Origin: Eledone cirrhosa
Taxonomy: Eukaryota
NCBI GenBank assembly: GCA_964016885.1
Contig: CAXHJY010001167.1
Coordinates: forward strand, 1 to 64,000
Direction: 5' to 3'
Length of the DNA stretch: 64,000 nt
Shown here: positions 1 through 14,569 of the stretch, one piece after another
How the letters are laid out: each line of letters begins with the position of its first letter
Position numbering within the stretch: position 1 is the stretch's first letter
Translations under genes and position numbers: made by a program
The notes under the pieces: generated by a model
What the model was told of the DNA's origin: nothing
Databases searched by the model: none
The model's input: the letters and a program-made list of their open reading frames with translations, nothing else

Positions 1-1880
<1,880 letters not shown>

Positions 1881-2215
1881 TGATTAATTTCTTACCTAAA
1901 ATAAATGCCAATCTTTTGTATCGGAAATTAGGAGAACCGATTGACATTAGATAAAATATTAGTAGTACTTATTTTATTAACGTTAATACCATAAAAGATA
2001 AAGACGACGTTTTAATAACGAGGATTAGCCTACATATTTAGATAGATGACTTTCATAGCGATATATATGTTTTTTATTTGGAAGCCTGCTATAATGATGA
2101 TAAATGATACAATGGCAAACCAAATGATATATGCTATCTTCTCGAGCTACAGTGGATTTAACTTTTTAGTATCAAGAACATAAGTAACGAATCTCCCAAG
2201 ATATAAGTTTGCCAT

Positions 2216-2249
<34 letters not shown>

Positions 2250-2281
2250 TGTATGTATGTATGTATGTATGTATGTATGTA

Positions 2282-2648
2282 GTTACCGATGATGTTGATC
2301 TTTTCTTCTTTTTGGGTTATAGCTACTGTCGCTCAGAGAATGAGATTGGCTCAGTGCACAGTCTTTCCTCACTTTAAAAACAATCTTCACGCTCAGGCAT
2401 TGCACGGTAGCATGGTGGATTGTCAGTGTCGGTACAGGGTGGGACCCTATGCTTTGACGCATAAGGTTACGGCCCTTGCCGAGGTCAACTTTGCCTTTCA
2501 TCCTTACGGGGTCAATAAAATAAAGTACCAGTAATGCACTGGCTAATTGCTGGACTTGTGCCAAAGTAGAAACAATTAATTAGTAATTATCAATTATGTT
2601 ACATCGTGCAATGGCCATACTCGATAACGAGGGGGCAGCCGTCATCAT
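2282..2648 (+). mobile_element. RTE-derived non-autonomous element, family B (3' portion), interrupted by a SINE at ~2414-2577
   Basis: Matches 34427-34630 and the reverse complement of 14570-14730; ends in the TGGCCATACTCGATAACGAGGGGGCAGCC hairpin followed by an ATGT tail. Confidence 0.75.
2414..2577 (+). mobile_element. tRNA-derived SINE, family 1 (nested copy)
   Basis: Core GCCGAGGTCAACTTTGCCTTTCATCCTTACGGGGTC...AAATAAAGTACCAGT and tail GTGCCAAAGTAGAAACAATT, shared with ~10 other copies in the window. Confidence 0.85.
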
Positions 2649-2660
2649 GTATGTATTATA

Positions 2661-2960
2661 GGCGCATGGCTTAGTGGACTTGCAATCGGAAGTTTGTGAA
2701 TTTGATTCTCGGACCGGGTGATGCGTTGTTTCCTTGAGCAAGACACTTTGTTTCACGTTGCTCCAGTTTAGTCAGCTGTAGAAATGAGTTGCGACGTCAC
2801 AGGTGCCAAGCTGTATCGGCCATTGTCTTTCACTTGGACAACATAGGTGGCGTGGAGAGGGGAGGCAGGAATGCCCGGACTTGTGCCTCGGAGGGAAAGT
2901 TTCTAGGTGCAAACCCCATGGTCATTCGTGAACGACCGAGGTCTTTACCTTTACCCTATG
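2661..2960 (+). mobile_element. tRNA-derived SINE, family 2 (CORE-like body)
   Basis: GGCGCATGGCTTAGTGG A-box-like head and TTCCTTGAGCAAGACACTT core; homologous to the flanks of the array in 30692-31800. Confidence 0.7.
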
Positions 2961-3658
2961 TATGTATTTATATACAGAAAACACTCGGTTTAAATTATTA
3001 ATAGGGTAGGTTTTGTCCGCGTGTATTGACCTGACATTTTCATTATTTTCTTTAATATTACTGTTACAAAGCTATGTAATGAATGGAGGCCGAGGGGACA
3101 GTATCATAGCCGAGGAAAACTGTTGGACGAGAGAGAGTATGAGATTAATTCGTTTGTGGACATTATATGGAGAGTGGCACCAAATAGGAACAAACGAAAC
3201 CGGATAGAGAACGTCTTCGCTTCACTCTGGGCAAATAATGATTCAGAATGATGATTATGATGGTGACAGCGATGAAGATGATGATGATCATCATCATCGT
3301 CATCATCATCATGATCATGATCATGACGATGATGACAATGATGATCATGATGATGATGATATAACTATCATATACTCCCACTGCTTAGGACTCAACTCAA
3401 TAGATATCTTAATTGGCCACTGACATGAGCGGTACTTTTATTTCTGGATATTACATGTAAGTAATATATTATATAACTCCGCGATTAGATATTTCCTGCT
3501 GCTTGTTTAGATGATATACATGCCCTCTGATGAAAACCTAACTAGTCCTGAAAATTGGTAAATGGTGTTTATCATTTTTTCAGTTTACGCATGTTTGTAT
3601 GTCTATATACTAAAAATGTGTAAACTTATATACATATTTATTTAGTTTAGGTGTCTTC

Positions 3659-3709
<51 letters not shown>

Positions 3710-3940
3710 GAAACACACAGATACATGCGGACACACACATATATACATGAATGCATCCGCACCCAACTGTGAGTTAAGGGTGCTAACTTCACCGATGTTG
3801 CTCAATGAATGACTGGGACAGACCAATTCAATTTGAACTAGACTGAACCACTATCAGAGTTAAAAATACATTATGAAGAGAGAAGAAACATTTAGATATA
3901 ATTAGTAATAAAATGTATCATACCTAAACTGTTCCTAAAT

Positions 3941-4028
3941 TCCTCGACTACGTAGTTTCGTGGCATAAACAAAAACAATATATCAAAGATATAGAGTCCT
4001 TGCGAGGTCTGCCGACTTATCAAGAGGA
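3941..4028 (-). ncRNA. Type I hammerhead ribozyme, U3-A8 core variant (mirror copy)
   Basis: Near-exact reverse complement of 4698-4786. Confidence 0.8.
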
Positions 4029-4697
4029 TACCTCATTTTACTAGTCTCAAGAACGCGTCTACACGACGTGAGAAAGAATCCCAAAAGGCGGAGGGGGAGA
4101 TAGTCACGCGATATAACGGTCGAGAAACAGAGCTAAGCCTCTTATAACCACGAAGAAAATACCACGGAGGCGGAGGGGGTATTCATATCGAGGCCGTAGA
4201 AGAGGTAGTGAAGAAGGCGAGAAGTATGAGTAATGGAAGCTTTCCAGTTGTCCCCACACTTCAAAGATTGCTCGACCAGAGGGAGTTATTAATATTATTC
4301 AAATTGAATTGGTCTGTCCCAGTCATTCATTGAGCAACATCGGTGAAGTTAGCACCCTTAACTCACAGTTGGGTGCGGATGCATTCATGTATATATGTGT
4401 GTGTCCGCATGTATCTGTGTGTTTCTAAATATATTAATAACTCCCTCTGGTCGAGCAATCTTTGAAGTGTGGGGACAACTGGAAAGCTTCCATTACTCAT
4501 ACTTCTCGCCTTCTTCACTACCTCTTCTACGGCCTCGATATGAATACCCCCTCCGCCTCCGTGGTATTTTCTTCGTGGTTATAAGAGGCTTAGCTCTGTT
4601 TCTCGACCGTTATATCGCGTGACTATCTCCCCCTCCGCCTTTTGGGATTCTTTCTCACGTCGTGTAGACGCGTTCTTGAGACTAGTAAAATGAGGTA

Positions 4698-4786
4698 TCC
4701 TCTTGATAAGTCGGCAGACCTCGCAAGGACTCTATATCTTTGATATATTGTTTTTTGTTTATGCCACGAAACTACGTAGTCGAGGA
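4698..4786 (+). ncRNA. Type I hammerhead ribozyme, U3-A8 core variant, long stem II insert
   Basis: Stem I TCCTC/GAGGA; core TTGATAA; stem II GT(C)GGCA...TGCCAC; GAAA; palindromic stem III ACTACGTAGT; predicted GUC cleavage after 4781. Confidence 0.8.
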
Positions 4787-4858
4787 ATTTAGGAACAGTT
4801 TAGATATGATACATTTTATTACTAATTATATCTAAATGTTTCTTCTCTCTTCATAATG

Positions 4859-4920
<62 letters not shown>

Positions 4921-5987
4921 GTGTGTGTGTGAATTAGAAATGTATATGTATGTACAAAAAAATAAGATAGTAGGGAACAACTTTGGAAAATAAACCGATA
5001 AAGAGAAGCACCGCATATACTTCTCTCTGGTAACATTCTAGGTAGGTCTATCATAGCTAGGAGTACCATATGGGACCATTTAATGAATTAAGAAAGAACA
5101 GTTAGCCAACTTCCTTAGGAAGTCTTAGTTTTAACCCTTGACACCAAACCTCTTGAAATAAGCCCTGAATCTATGATACAAAACGGTTTTGCTTGAAAAT
5201 GTTCATATTTATTTTAAACCTTCCGTCTTAATTTTATATAAGAAATGTTAAGTTCCAGGCACCAGCTCAATAATAAGAAAGTTAGTTATATTACTAAACC
5301 CTCAAATTTCTTGATTATTTAAACAATTATTTGAAAAGCATAAGTAGTGTCTTTTCTTAGAAATATGGTAACGAAACGATTAAATCACCGAATCTCCACC
5401 ATATAGTTGTGAAAAAGATATTAATGTCATCAACATAATCTTTGGTTAAGTCTTATGTGCGCAAGTTTACCAGGTGTTCGTGAGTTCAATTCTCTGATAG
5501 CCTTTTCGTATATATCCTAATCTAAGCTGAAGACGCGAGTGAAATCACAGCTAATACCATCATATCGCGGGAAAATCTAATTTCGTGGTCTGAATAGAGG
5601 ATTCAGTTCAAATTTGTGAGACCATTACGGAATACTAGAGGCCCCTGAATACGACCGGAATGTATAGCCATCAAGATGTTGTTGCTACAATAACCAAGAT
5701 ATGAACATAATGGGAGATATTATTTTGCGTTCATTTTGCCCTGCTTACACAGGTTGGATTAAGCCATGGCTTATCTAGGTTTTATGGGCATTAAGCGGCT
5801 GACAAAACAAGACAACCCTCCCATCTGAAAAACTGAAGCAACGTGGAAATGAAGTGCTTAGCTCAAGGAAACAACACGTTACCCGGTCCGGGAACCCTTG
5901 ACCTTATGATATGAACACAGAAGTAGACAACATGCCTTCACTTATAACTACAATATATGTTTCAATTCTATATTTCCTATTTTGCAG

Positions 5988-6051
5988 ATTCATTCACTCG
6001 AACCGTTGATTGAATTGGTTATTCAAGGTTATCTCGTCCCTCTCATTAATG
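5988..6051 (+). CDS. LBP/BPI-family lipid-binding protein, third-last exon (IHSLEPLIELVIQGYLVPLIN-)
   Basis: tttgcag acceptor and gtaagt donor; 64 bp, phase 0 to 1; splices in frame to the next exon; typical BPI C-terminal motif 'lvPliN'. Confidence 0.88.
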
Positions 6052-6395
6052 GTAAGTTCCCCCACATCTCTTTTCCATTTCTCTTTTTTACCCTATGTTA
6101 TATCTAGTGCACGATATGCTCCACATGGTAGGATACGTTTATCTTGAGGGAAAAGAAAAGTGTAGGGTTTCGGACAGAAGACTTTGCGTCGCAAGACGAA
6201 ATGTTTATTATTAAACACATAATTTTCTATCCAATGAAATATTCTGTTATATTCTTCTCTTCAGCTATGTTGAAAAGTAAGACTCCCCACTGCCACTCTA
6301 CTCACCAGTATTGAGTGCTCAATTATTTAACGTCTGAGTGTTATAATACTGCGGGATTTCAAATACGCATATGCACACGCACACACCTTACAGCC

Positions 6396-6551
<156 letters not shown>

Positions 6552-6643
6552 ATACTATCTCTTTTCTTTCTTTATATGCCTCTTACATCTCTCTCTCGCG
6601 TCTTTCTTCAGTCATACTATATATAACTGTAAACTTTTCACAG

Positions 6644-6720
6644 AATATGGAGCGAAAGGAATTCCTCTTGTGATACCGAAAAAGGTTAGCTTCAGAGACA
6701 CAGAACTCACCATAATGGAG
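6644..6720 (+). CDS. LBP/BPI-family protein, penultimate exon (EYGAKGIPLVIPKKVSFRDTELTIME)
   Basis: ttttcacag acceptor and gtaaaa donor; 77 bp, phase 1 to 0; KGIPL matches the BPI/LBP 'kGfPLP' motif. Confidence 0.88.
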
Positions 6721-7006
6721 GTAAAACAAAAATATCTTTCTTCCATAATGAATATCACAAGGCCGTCATTTGGTCGATCTTGTCATAATTATTTCTACTT
6801 TTTGGCACAAGGCCATCAAATACCCAGTACATTACTGGTACGTCATAATGATCACTAAACCGTTGTTATTTCTTCAGCAATGTCAATAATATCACAATTG
6901 TTTTATTTGTTTAGTTTTGTCATAACGATTGATATATTGTTGTTGTGTCTTGTCATAATGTTTATAACAATGTTGTTGTCTTCAGTTTTGTCATAATGAA
7001 CATCAT

Positions 7007-7180
7007 AATTGTTTCTACTTTTGGCACAAGGCCAGCAATTATCCAGTGTATTACTGGTACTTTATTTTATCGACCCCGTAAGGATGAAAGGCAAAGTTAA
7101 CCTCGGCGGGATTTGAACTCAGAATGGAAAGGGCCGTAACTCTTTGCGTCAAAGCATGGCATCCGACCCTCTACCTACAA
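7007..7180 (-). mobile_element. tRNA-derived SINE, family 1
   Basis: Reverse complement of the 15338-15530 copy. Confidence 0.88.
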
Positions 7181-7443
7181 TAATGTTGTTATTTCATATA
7201 CGTGATCTACATGTATGTGTATAACTACAAATTTATATATGAGGTGGGTGCATATATATATGTGTGTGTGTGTATGTGTGTGTGTTTGACTGTATGCATA
7301 AAGCTGTGTAAGTACATTTGTCTACATCACTGCTCACATGTATGTATGTATGTAATGTATGTATGTGTGGTTATGTCATTGTCGCTTCCAGGCAGGAAAA
7401 GTTAATAGATAAACGTAATTTTGCCACACACACACACACACGA

Positions 7444-7488
<45 letters not shown>

Positions 7489-7508
7489 AATATATATATA
7501 AATATATA

Positions 7509-7550
<42 letters not shown>

Positions 7551-7857
7551 ACATATATAGAAACTTAAAGAGATGGTTTGAATGAGATTAGGAGATGAAT
7601 GCTGTAGTTTTTCTAGTAGGTTCTCATCGCATAATGTTCCCTCAAGCTGCAAAGTCATTTATACATGTGTGTCTATTGAACAAGGAAAATTAAACAATAG
7701 TCGAATATAGGTTCTTGATAAGTTCATGAGAACCTATCTTCGACTTTTGTTTTATTTCCATTGTTCAATACACACACATACACAAACACCCACACGTGTG
7801 TGTATAATATGTTTATATATGTATATTTATTTGTCATGTGTATTTGTTATTTTCCAG

Positions 7858-7902
7858 AATGCTGCTGTAATAGGGACTGACTTGACAATTCATGAATTTT
7901 AA
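7858..7902 (+). CDS. LBP/BPI-family protein, last coding exon (NAAVIGTDLTIHEF*)
   Basis: ttttccag acceptor; IGTD terminal strand motif; TAA stop; AATAAA at 8005 and 8105. Confidence 0.85.
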   Translation, partial: NAAVIGTDLTIHEF

Positions 7903-8104
7903 TTTCTTAAAAAGAAAAAAAAATGTTGTAAATATGAAACAAATATAAACATTTAAAAGATATGAAAAAAAGACAAGTAACTGCAAGAAAAATGAAGAAA
8001 ATGAAATAAACCTACAAAACAATGTAACAATCAAACAACCGAAAAAAGTCAAATTATAATTCCAAAATTTTTCTTTTAGCCGTAATGGCTTGCACATATA
8101 TTAC

Positions 8105-8110
8105 AATAAA
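8105..8110 (+). terminator. Candidate polyadenylation signal of the LBP/BPI gene
   Basis: AATAAA ~200 nt after the stop, followed by a GT-rich stretch (aagtgtgtggctgg); an alternative signal lies at 8005. Confidence 0.45.
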
Positions 8111-8469
8111 CATTATAAACACGAAGTTTACAATAAGTGTGTGGCTGGGCAAACAAAATTATATAAACCGAATGTAGAGACCTGGACGTAAAAATTTGAC
8201 AAAACGTGAAATATATATCAATTTTTGTTTATAAAACTTAATAATTAACATAAGATATGAAAGGAAACACGAAAATCATTTATGGTTACCTATCCACACA
8301 CTGTTGGGAACCCACCAGTTCAGACGAGTCAGAGCACCCCACATTTCTGCTCATCCACCAGATATTATATAACTTTCCAATTAATTGAACTATGAAATAT
8401 ATTAAAATATCAAAATACTACTACTACTACGACTACGACTACTACTACTACTACTACTATTTGATGTTA

Positions 8470-8880
8470 TAGATTCGTGGATTAGAGCATCATCGGATAA
8501 ATGCCTTGTGTTATTTCATTCCACATCTTTAAATTTTCAGTTCAAATGCTACTGTTGTCGTCTTTTCTTTTCGTCATTCCGAGACCGATAAAAACATACC
8601 AGTCAAACATTGGGGCTCATATATACTGGACTATATCCCTCTCATACAATTTGTGACTTTGTGCCTATATTAGAAATATCTATTATGTATTTCGAAAGGA
8701 TCGTGGTTTGGCAGAATCACCAGAGCTCTTTGCGTTCTGAATTCAAATAACGCTGTGGCTGACTCTGATTTTCATCCTTTCTGGTCAATAAAATAAAGTA
8801 CCAGTCAGGCACCGTAGTCAATATATCGACTGTTCCATCCTATAAAATAGCTGGCTTCATGCCTATGATAGAAACAAATA
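8470..8880 (+). mobile_element. Two older, degenerate SINE family-1-like copies in tandem
   Basis: gagttcaaat-like B-box, ataaaataaagtaccagt core and gtgcctata..tagaaa tail, each present twice. Confidence 0.6.
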
Positions 8881-9558
8881 TGTATTTCAAAAACTGTTTA
8901 ACAGGCATATCGTAATTTGCTTAGCTGATAGGTGTTGTGGCTTAGTCGACGTAGGAAGGGCAGACACCATGAACGTTTCAGGGTTATATATATTTTAAAT
9001 GAGGTACAGTTCATCCAACGTGCTTCCTCATAGTATCCGCCTGATAAATTTCACTTATACGGCTTGAATTAACCCAAGGTTATTAAACAAATAACGCTGA
9101 TCAAAGGAGCCGCCATGCAATCGGGTTGAACTCGAAAGCACGTAATTGCGAAGCGAATTTTTTAACCACAGGACTGTGTCCGCTTCATGCTTTTTAAATG
9201 GATTCTTGTATGGAGTCTTTTTTCAGTTTTAGCTTTCTCTGATTGCGCTATTCAATAAATGATATACCGGATCTGTTCTGTTCCTATTTTATTTTTATTT
9301 ATTTATTGTTTATCATTTGATTCACGAGATGAGACCCAGAAGGATTTAAAACATTAATATACTTAGAAAAGTTATTGTTCCAAATCAAATACAAAGGGCT
9401 GATGTGGAAATTTGAAAACTCTTTAATAAATATGATTAAGCTATATATATAAAATTATACACATATCCACATAATTGCTCTGACTATTTGTTTTTTATCA
9501 ATTCCTTCATTGAACAAAACTGGTAATGGCTGGACACCCTCACATGTATGTCTATACT

Positions 9559-9654
<96 letters not shown>

Positions 9655-9773
9655 TCAATAAATTTGTTCATTGCTCCCTTGTGGCTGAGTAAAAAGGTTG
9701 GCTGAAACGGACTGCTCCTATATATATATGTATAAATATACACACATATATATATATATGTATATATACACAC

Positions 9774-9816
<43 letters not shown>

Positions 9817-9905
9817 AGGGAGTGTAACGCGGAGTTACTATAGGTTCACTCGATGTTTAGGTTCACTCAGTATCGAGGTGTAGAGCTAGACAGAGTGTAA
9901 TATAA

Positions 9906-10097
9906 TAATTGTTTCTACTTTTGGCACAAGGCCAGAAATTAACCAGTACATTACTGGTACTTTATTTTATCGACCCCGTAAGAATGAAAGGCAAAGTTAA
10001 CCTCGGCGGGATTTGAACTCAGAATGGCAAGGGCCGTAACTCTATGCGTCAAAGCATGGCGTCCGATCCTCTACCGATACTGCCAATCCACCGCCCT
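9906..10097 (-). mobile_element. tRNA-derived SINE, family 1 (full length)
   Basis: Full head-to-tail match to the other copies; A/T-rich flanks. Confidence 0.9.
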
Positions 10098-10296
10098 AAT
10101 AATATAATAATATAAGGACGAATGGTTACTCCTTCATTACCTTTATTGGTTGTCATTACTACTACAGAGGTCCGACGAGCTTTTGATTCCTGAACCGGGC
10201 CAGATCGATACAGATCGAACCTTGAGCTGATCAGTAGTGAAACGCGCGTCACCAACCGATATACGTAATTAATGAGTAACCACTCGTCCTTGTATT

Positions 10297-10384
<88 letters not shown>

Positions 10385-10488
10385 GTGTGTGTGTGTGTGT
10401 GTGTGTAAAATGTAAACAGAAATAACAAAAGTAACAAAGCAAACGAGACAGTACATGGGAGAAATATATTAGTTTATAAGAACAAAAT

Positions 10489-10767
10489 GAGGTTTCCCAT
10501 TGAGGTTATTATGGATGAGACTCCGTTAGGAACTGTGAAACCTTTCCCAGATTGGTCGCTCAAGAACCATATCAGTGATATAGACACATCTCCAGCCCCA
10601 ATCTGCTCATCAGACTTGTTAATCAAGCAAAACCAGAATCTGATCCATTTCTGATTAGCAGATTAGGGATGGAGTCGGGTTCTATAACACAACTATGGAT
10701 CTTGAGCCACCCATCTGGGGAAACTTTCGCAACAGACTATTCAATACAAACGTTAATGTGAAACCTC
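10489..10767. repeat. ~280-bp imperfect palindrome (old MITE/foldback)
   Basis: gaggtttc/gaaacctc, ttcccagattggtcgctcaagaaccata/tatggatcttgagccacccatctggggaa, aatctgctcatcaga/tctgattagcagatt. Confidence 0.75.
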
Positions 10768-11136
10768 GTTCTCCTATAGCAGAGTGTGGTATTATTGGTA
10801 GCTTTATCAGTAAACCATAAATCTGCTGAATCACCTTATATATATATATATATATATATATAATGTGTGTGTGTCATTATATATATGTATAATGTGTGTG
10901 TGTGTACTTACGCAGACATTAAGTGTAGAATGGCTTTCGTTGAAATTCCTTCGTTTGCATTTCTATTACATTATTAATTCATATATTTTTCACATGGCGA
11001 AGAGTACAACAATTTTATGGTGGAATAAAGTGGAATGAGATTTGAAGTAGAAAGGATTTCGTACATATATACATGTATACATATGCACATACATACATAC
11101 ATACATGCATGCATGCATACATACATACATACATAC

Positions 11137-11746
11137 ATGGTGGCTGCCAACTCGTTTTCGAGTACGGCCACTACTTTATATCCATGTAGGAGAACCCCTA
11201 CCGATACGCTGAACGAGTGTGACTTTTTAGTCTAACCAGCGACTTCAAAACTCTGGTACAAACACTACACTTGTGACAATTATTGACACATAGTGCTGGG
11301 CCCATGGTACCATGTGACGACAAATGCAGAGAGATCTCCAGATATAAAGCAATGCCTGTGCCGTGAAGCTTTTATAGTGAGCAAAGGCACTGCACAAAGC
11401 CAGTCCCACTCTCTTAACCAAGATGATATTTACCAAAAAGAAGAACAAGTCAACATCATTGGATATCATCAGGGTTGCAGGTGTTATATCAGAGTTTTCC
11501 TTCTCCTAGAATTCTACCTTGACTAAGGCTAAGGGGTCATCTCTCCCGGTGATTTTGGATGGCCATTGACTCTTAAGAGCTCCTTTGACCTTTGACAGGT
11601 TTTGTTTTTAGTCCTGCAGGATGTCCAAAGTCACCCTCCTCACCAAGAAACCTTGGTGGGGTTGCCAGTTTAGTCGCCAACGACCCGACCATGAGACAGG
11701 TTGTACTGGGATACATGTTACCAGTAGCACCAACTGGTGACCTGAC
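11137..11746 (-). mobile_element. Bipartite RTE-derived non-autonomous retroposon, family A (full length)
   Basis: ~610 bp, near identical to 61821-62430. Minus strand has the RTE-type 5'UTR motif CTAGGAGAAGGAAAACTCTGA, a C2H2-finger ORF end, a 3' hairpin and an (ATGT)n tail. Confidence 0.8.
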
Positions 11747-11886
11747 ACATACATATATATACATACATATATACATACATACATATATACATATATATAC
11801 ATACATACATATATATACATACATACATATATATACATACATACATATATATACATACATACATATATATACATACATACATATAT

Positions 11887-11919
<33 letters not shown>

Positions 11920-12016
11920 CATACATATATACATACATATATACATATATATATACACATATATATATATATACATACATACATATATACACACATATAT
12001 ATACATACATACATAC

Positions 12017-12047
<31 letters not shown>

Positions 12048-12456
12048 CACACACACATATACATATATATATATATACATACATACACATACATATATAC
12101 ACATACATATATACATACATATATATATACATACATACACATACATATATACACACACATATATACACATATATATATACATACATACATATATATTACA
12201 TATTTACATATATATATATACATACATACATATATATACATACATATATACACATACATATATACATATATATATATACATGCATACATATATACATACA
12301 TACATACATATATATACATACATATATACATATATATATATACACACATATATACATACATATATATATACACATATACATATATATACATATATATATA
12401 CATATATATACATACACATACATATATATATATATATACATACATATACATACATA
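11747..12456. repeat. Compound (CATA)n/(TA)n microsatellite
   Basis: Directly visible. Confidence 0.97.
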
Positions 12457-12974
12457 TGGTGGCTGCCAACTCGTTTTCGAGTACGGCCACTACTTTATAT
12501 CCATGTAGGAGAACCCCTACCGATGCGCTGAACGAATGTGACTTTTTAGTCCAGCCAGCGACTTGAAAACTCTGGTACAAAGACTACACTTGTGACCATT
12601 ATTGACACATAGTGCAGGGCCCATGGTACCATGTGATGACAAGTGCAGAGAGATCTCCAGATATAAAGCAATGTCTGTGATGTGAAGCTTTTATAGTGAG
12701 CAAAGGCACTGCACAAAGCCAGTCCCACTCTCTTAACCAAGATGATATTTACCAAAAAGAAGAACAAGTCAACATCATTGGATACCATCAGGGTTGCAGG
12801 TGTTATATCAGAGTTTTCCTTCTCCTAGAATTCTGCCTTGACAAAGGCTAAGGGGTCATCTCTCCCAGTGATTTTGGATGGCTATTGACTCTTAAGAGCT
12901 CCCTTGCCCTTTGACAGGTTTTGTTTTTAGTCCTGCAGGATGTCCAAAGTCACCCTCCTCACCAAGAAACCTTG
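12456..12974 (-). mobile_element. Family A RTE-derived element, 5'-truncated copy
   Basis: Near identical to 11137-11654; lacks the 5'-terminal ~90 nt. Confidence 0.8.
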
Positions 12975-14430
<1,456 letters not shown>

Positions 14431-14569
14431 CATACATATATACATCCATACATATATCCAACCATCCATCCATCCATCCATACATACATACATACATACA
14501 TTGCATACATACATACATACATACATACATACATACATACATACATACATACATACATACATACATACA

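Larger units (their letters stand above)
3701..4860. mobile_element. Hammerhead-bearing Penelope-like pLTR element with nested inverted duplication (A-B-A'-B') between (TA)n tracts
   Basis: 3701-3837 is the reverse complement of 4298-4434; 3866-4294 is the reverse complement of ~4430-4860; (TA)n on both sides. Confidence 0.75.

Noticed and set aside
5527-5690. CTGAAGA-CGCGA...TCGCG-GGAAA and CTGAATA...-like motifs
   Set aside because: Spacing and core are too degenerate to support a hammerhead call, though an old Penelope remnant is possible.
11641-11746. HDV-like ribozyme fit for the family A 5' end (GTCG TTGG CGAC TAA ACTGG as P4-J4/2-P2)
   Set aside because: P1 does not pair properly and the putative P2 is broken in family B; reported instead as an unclassified structure.
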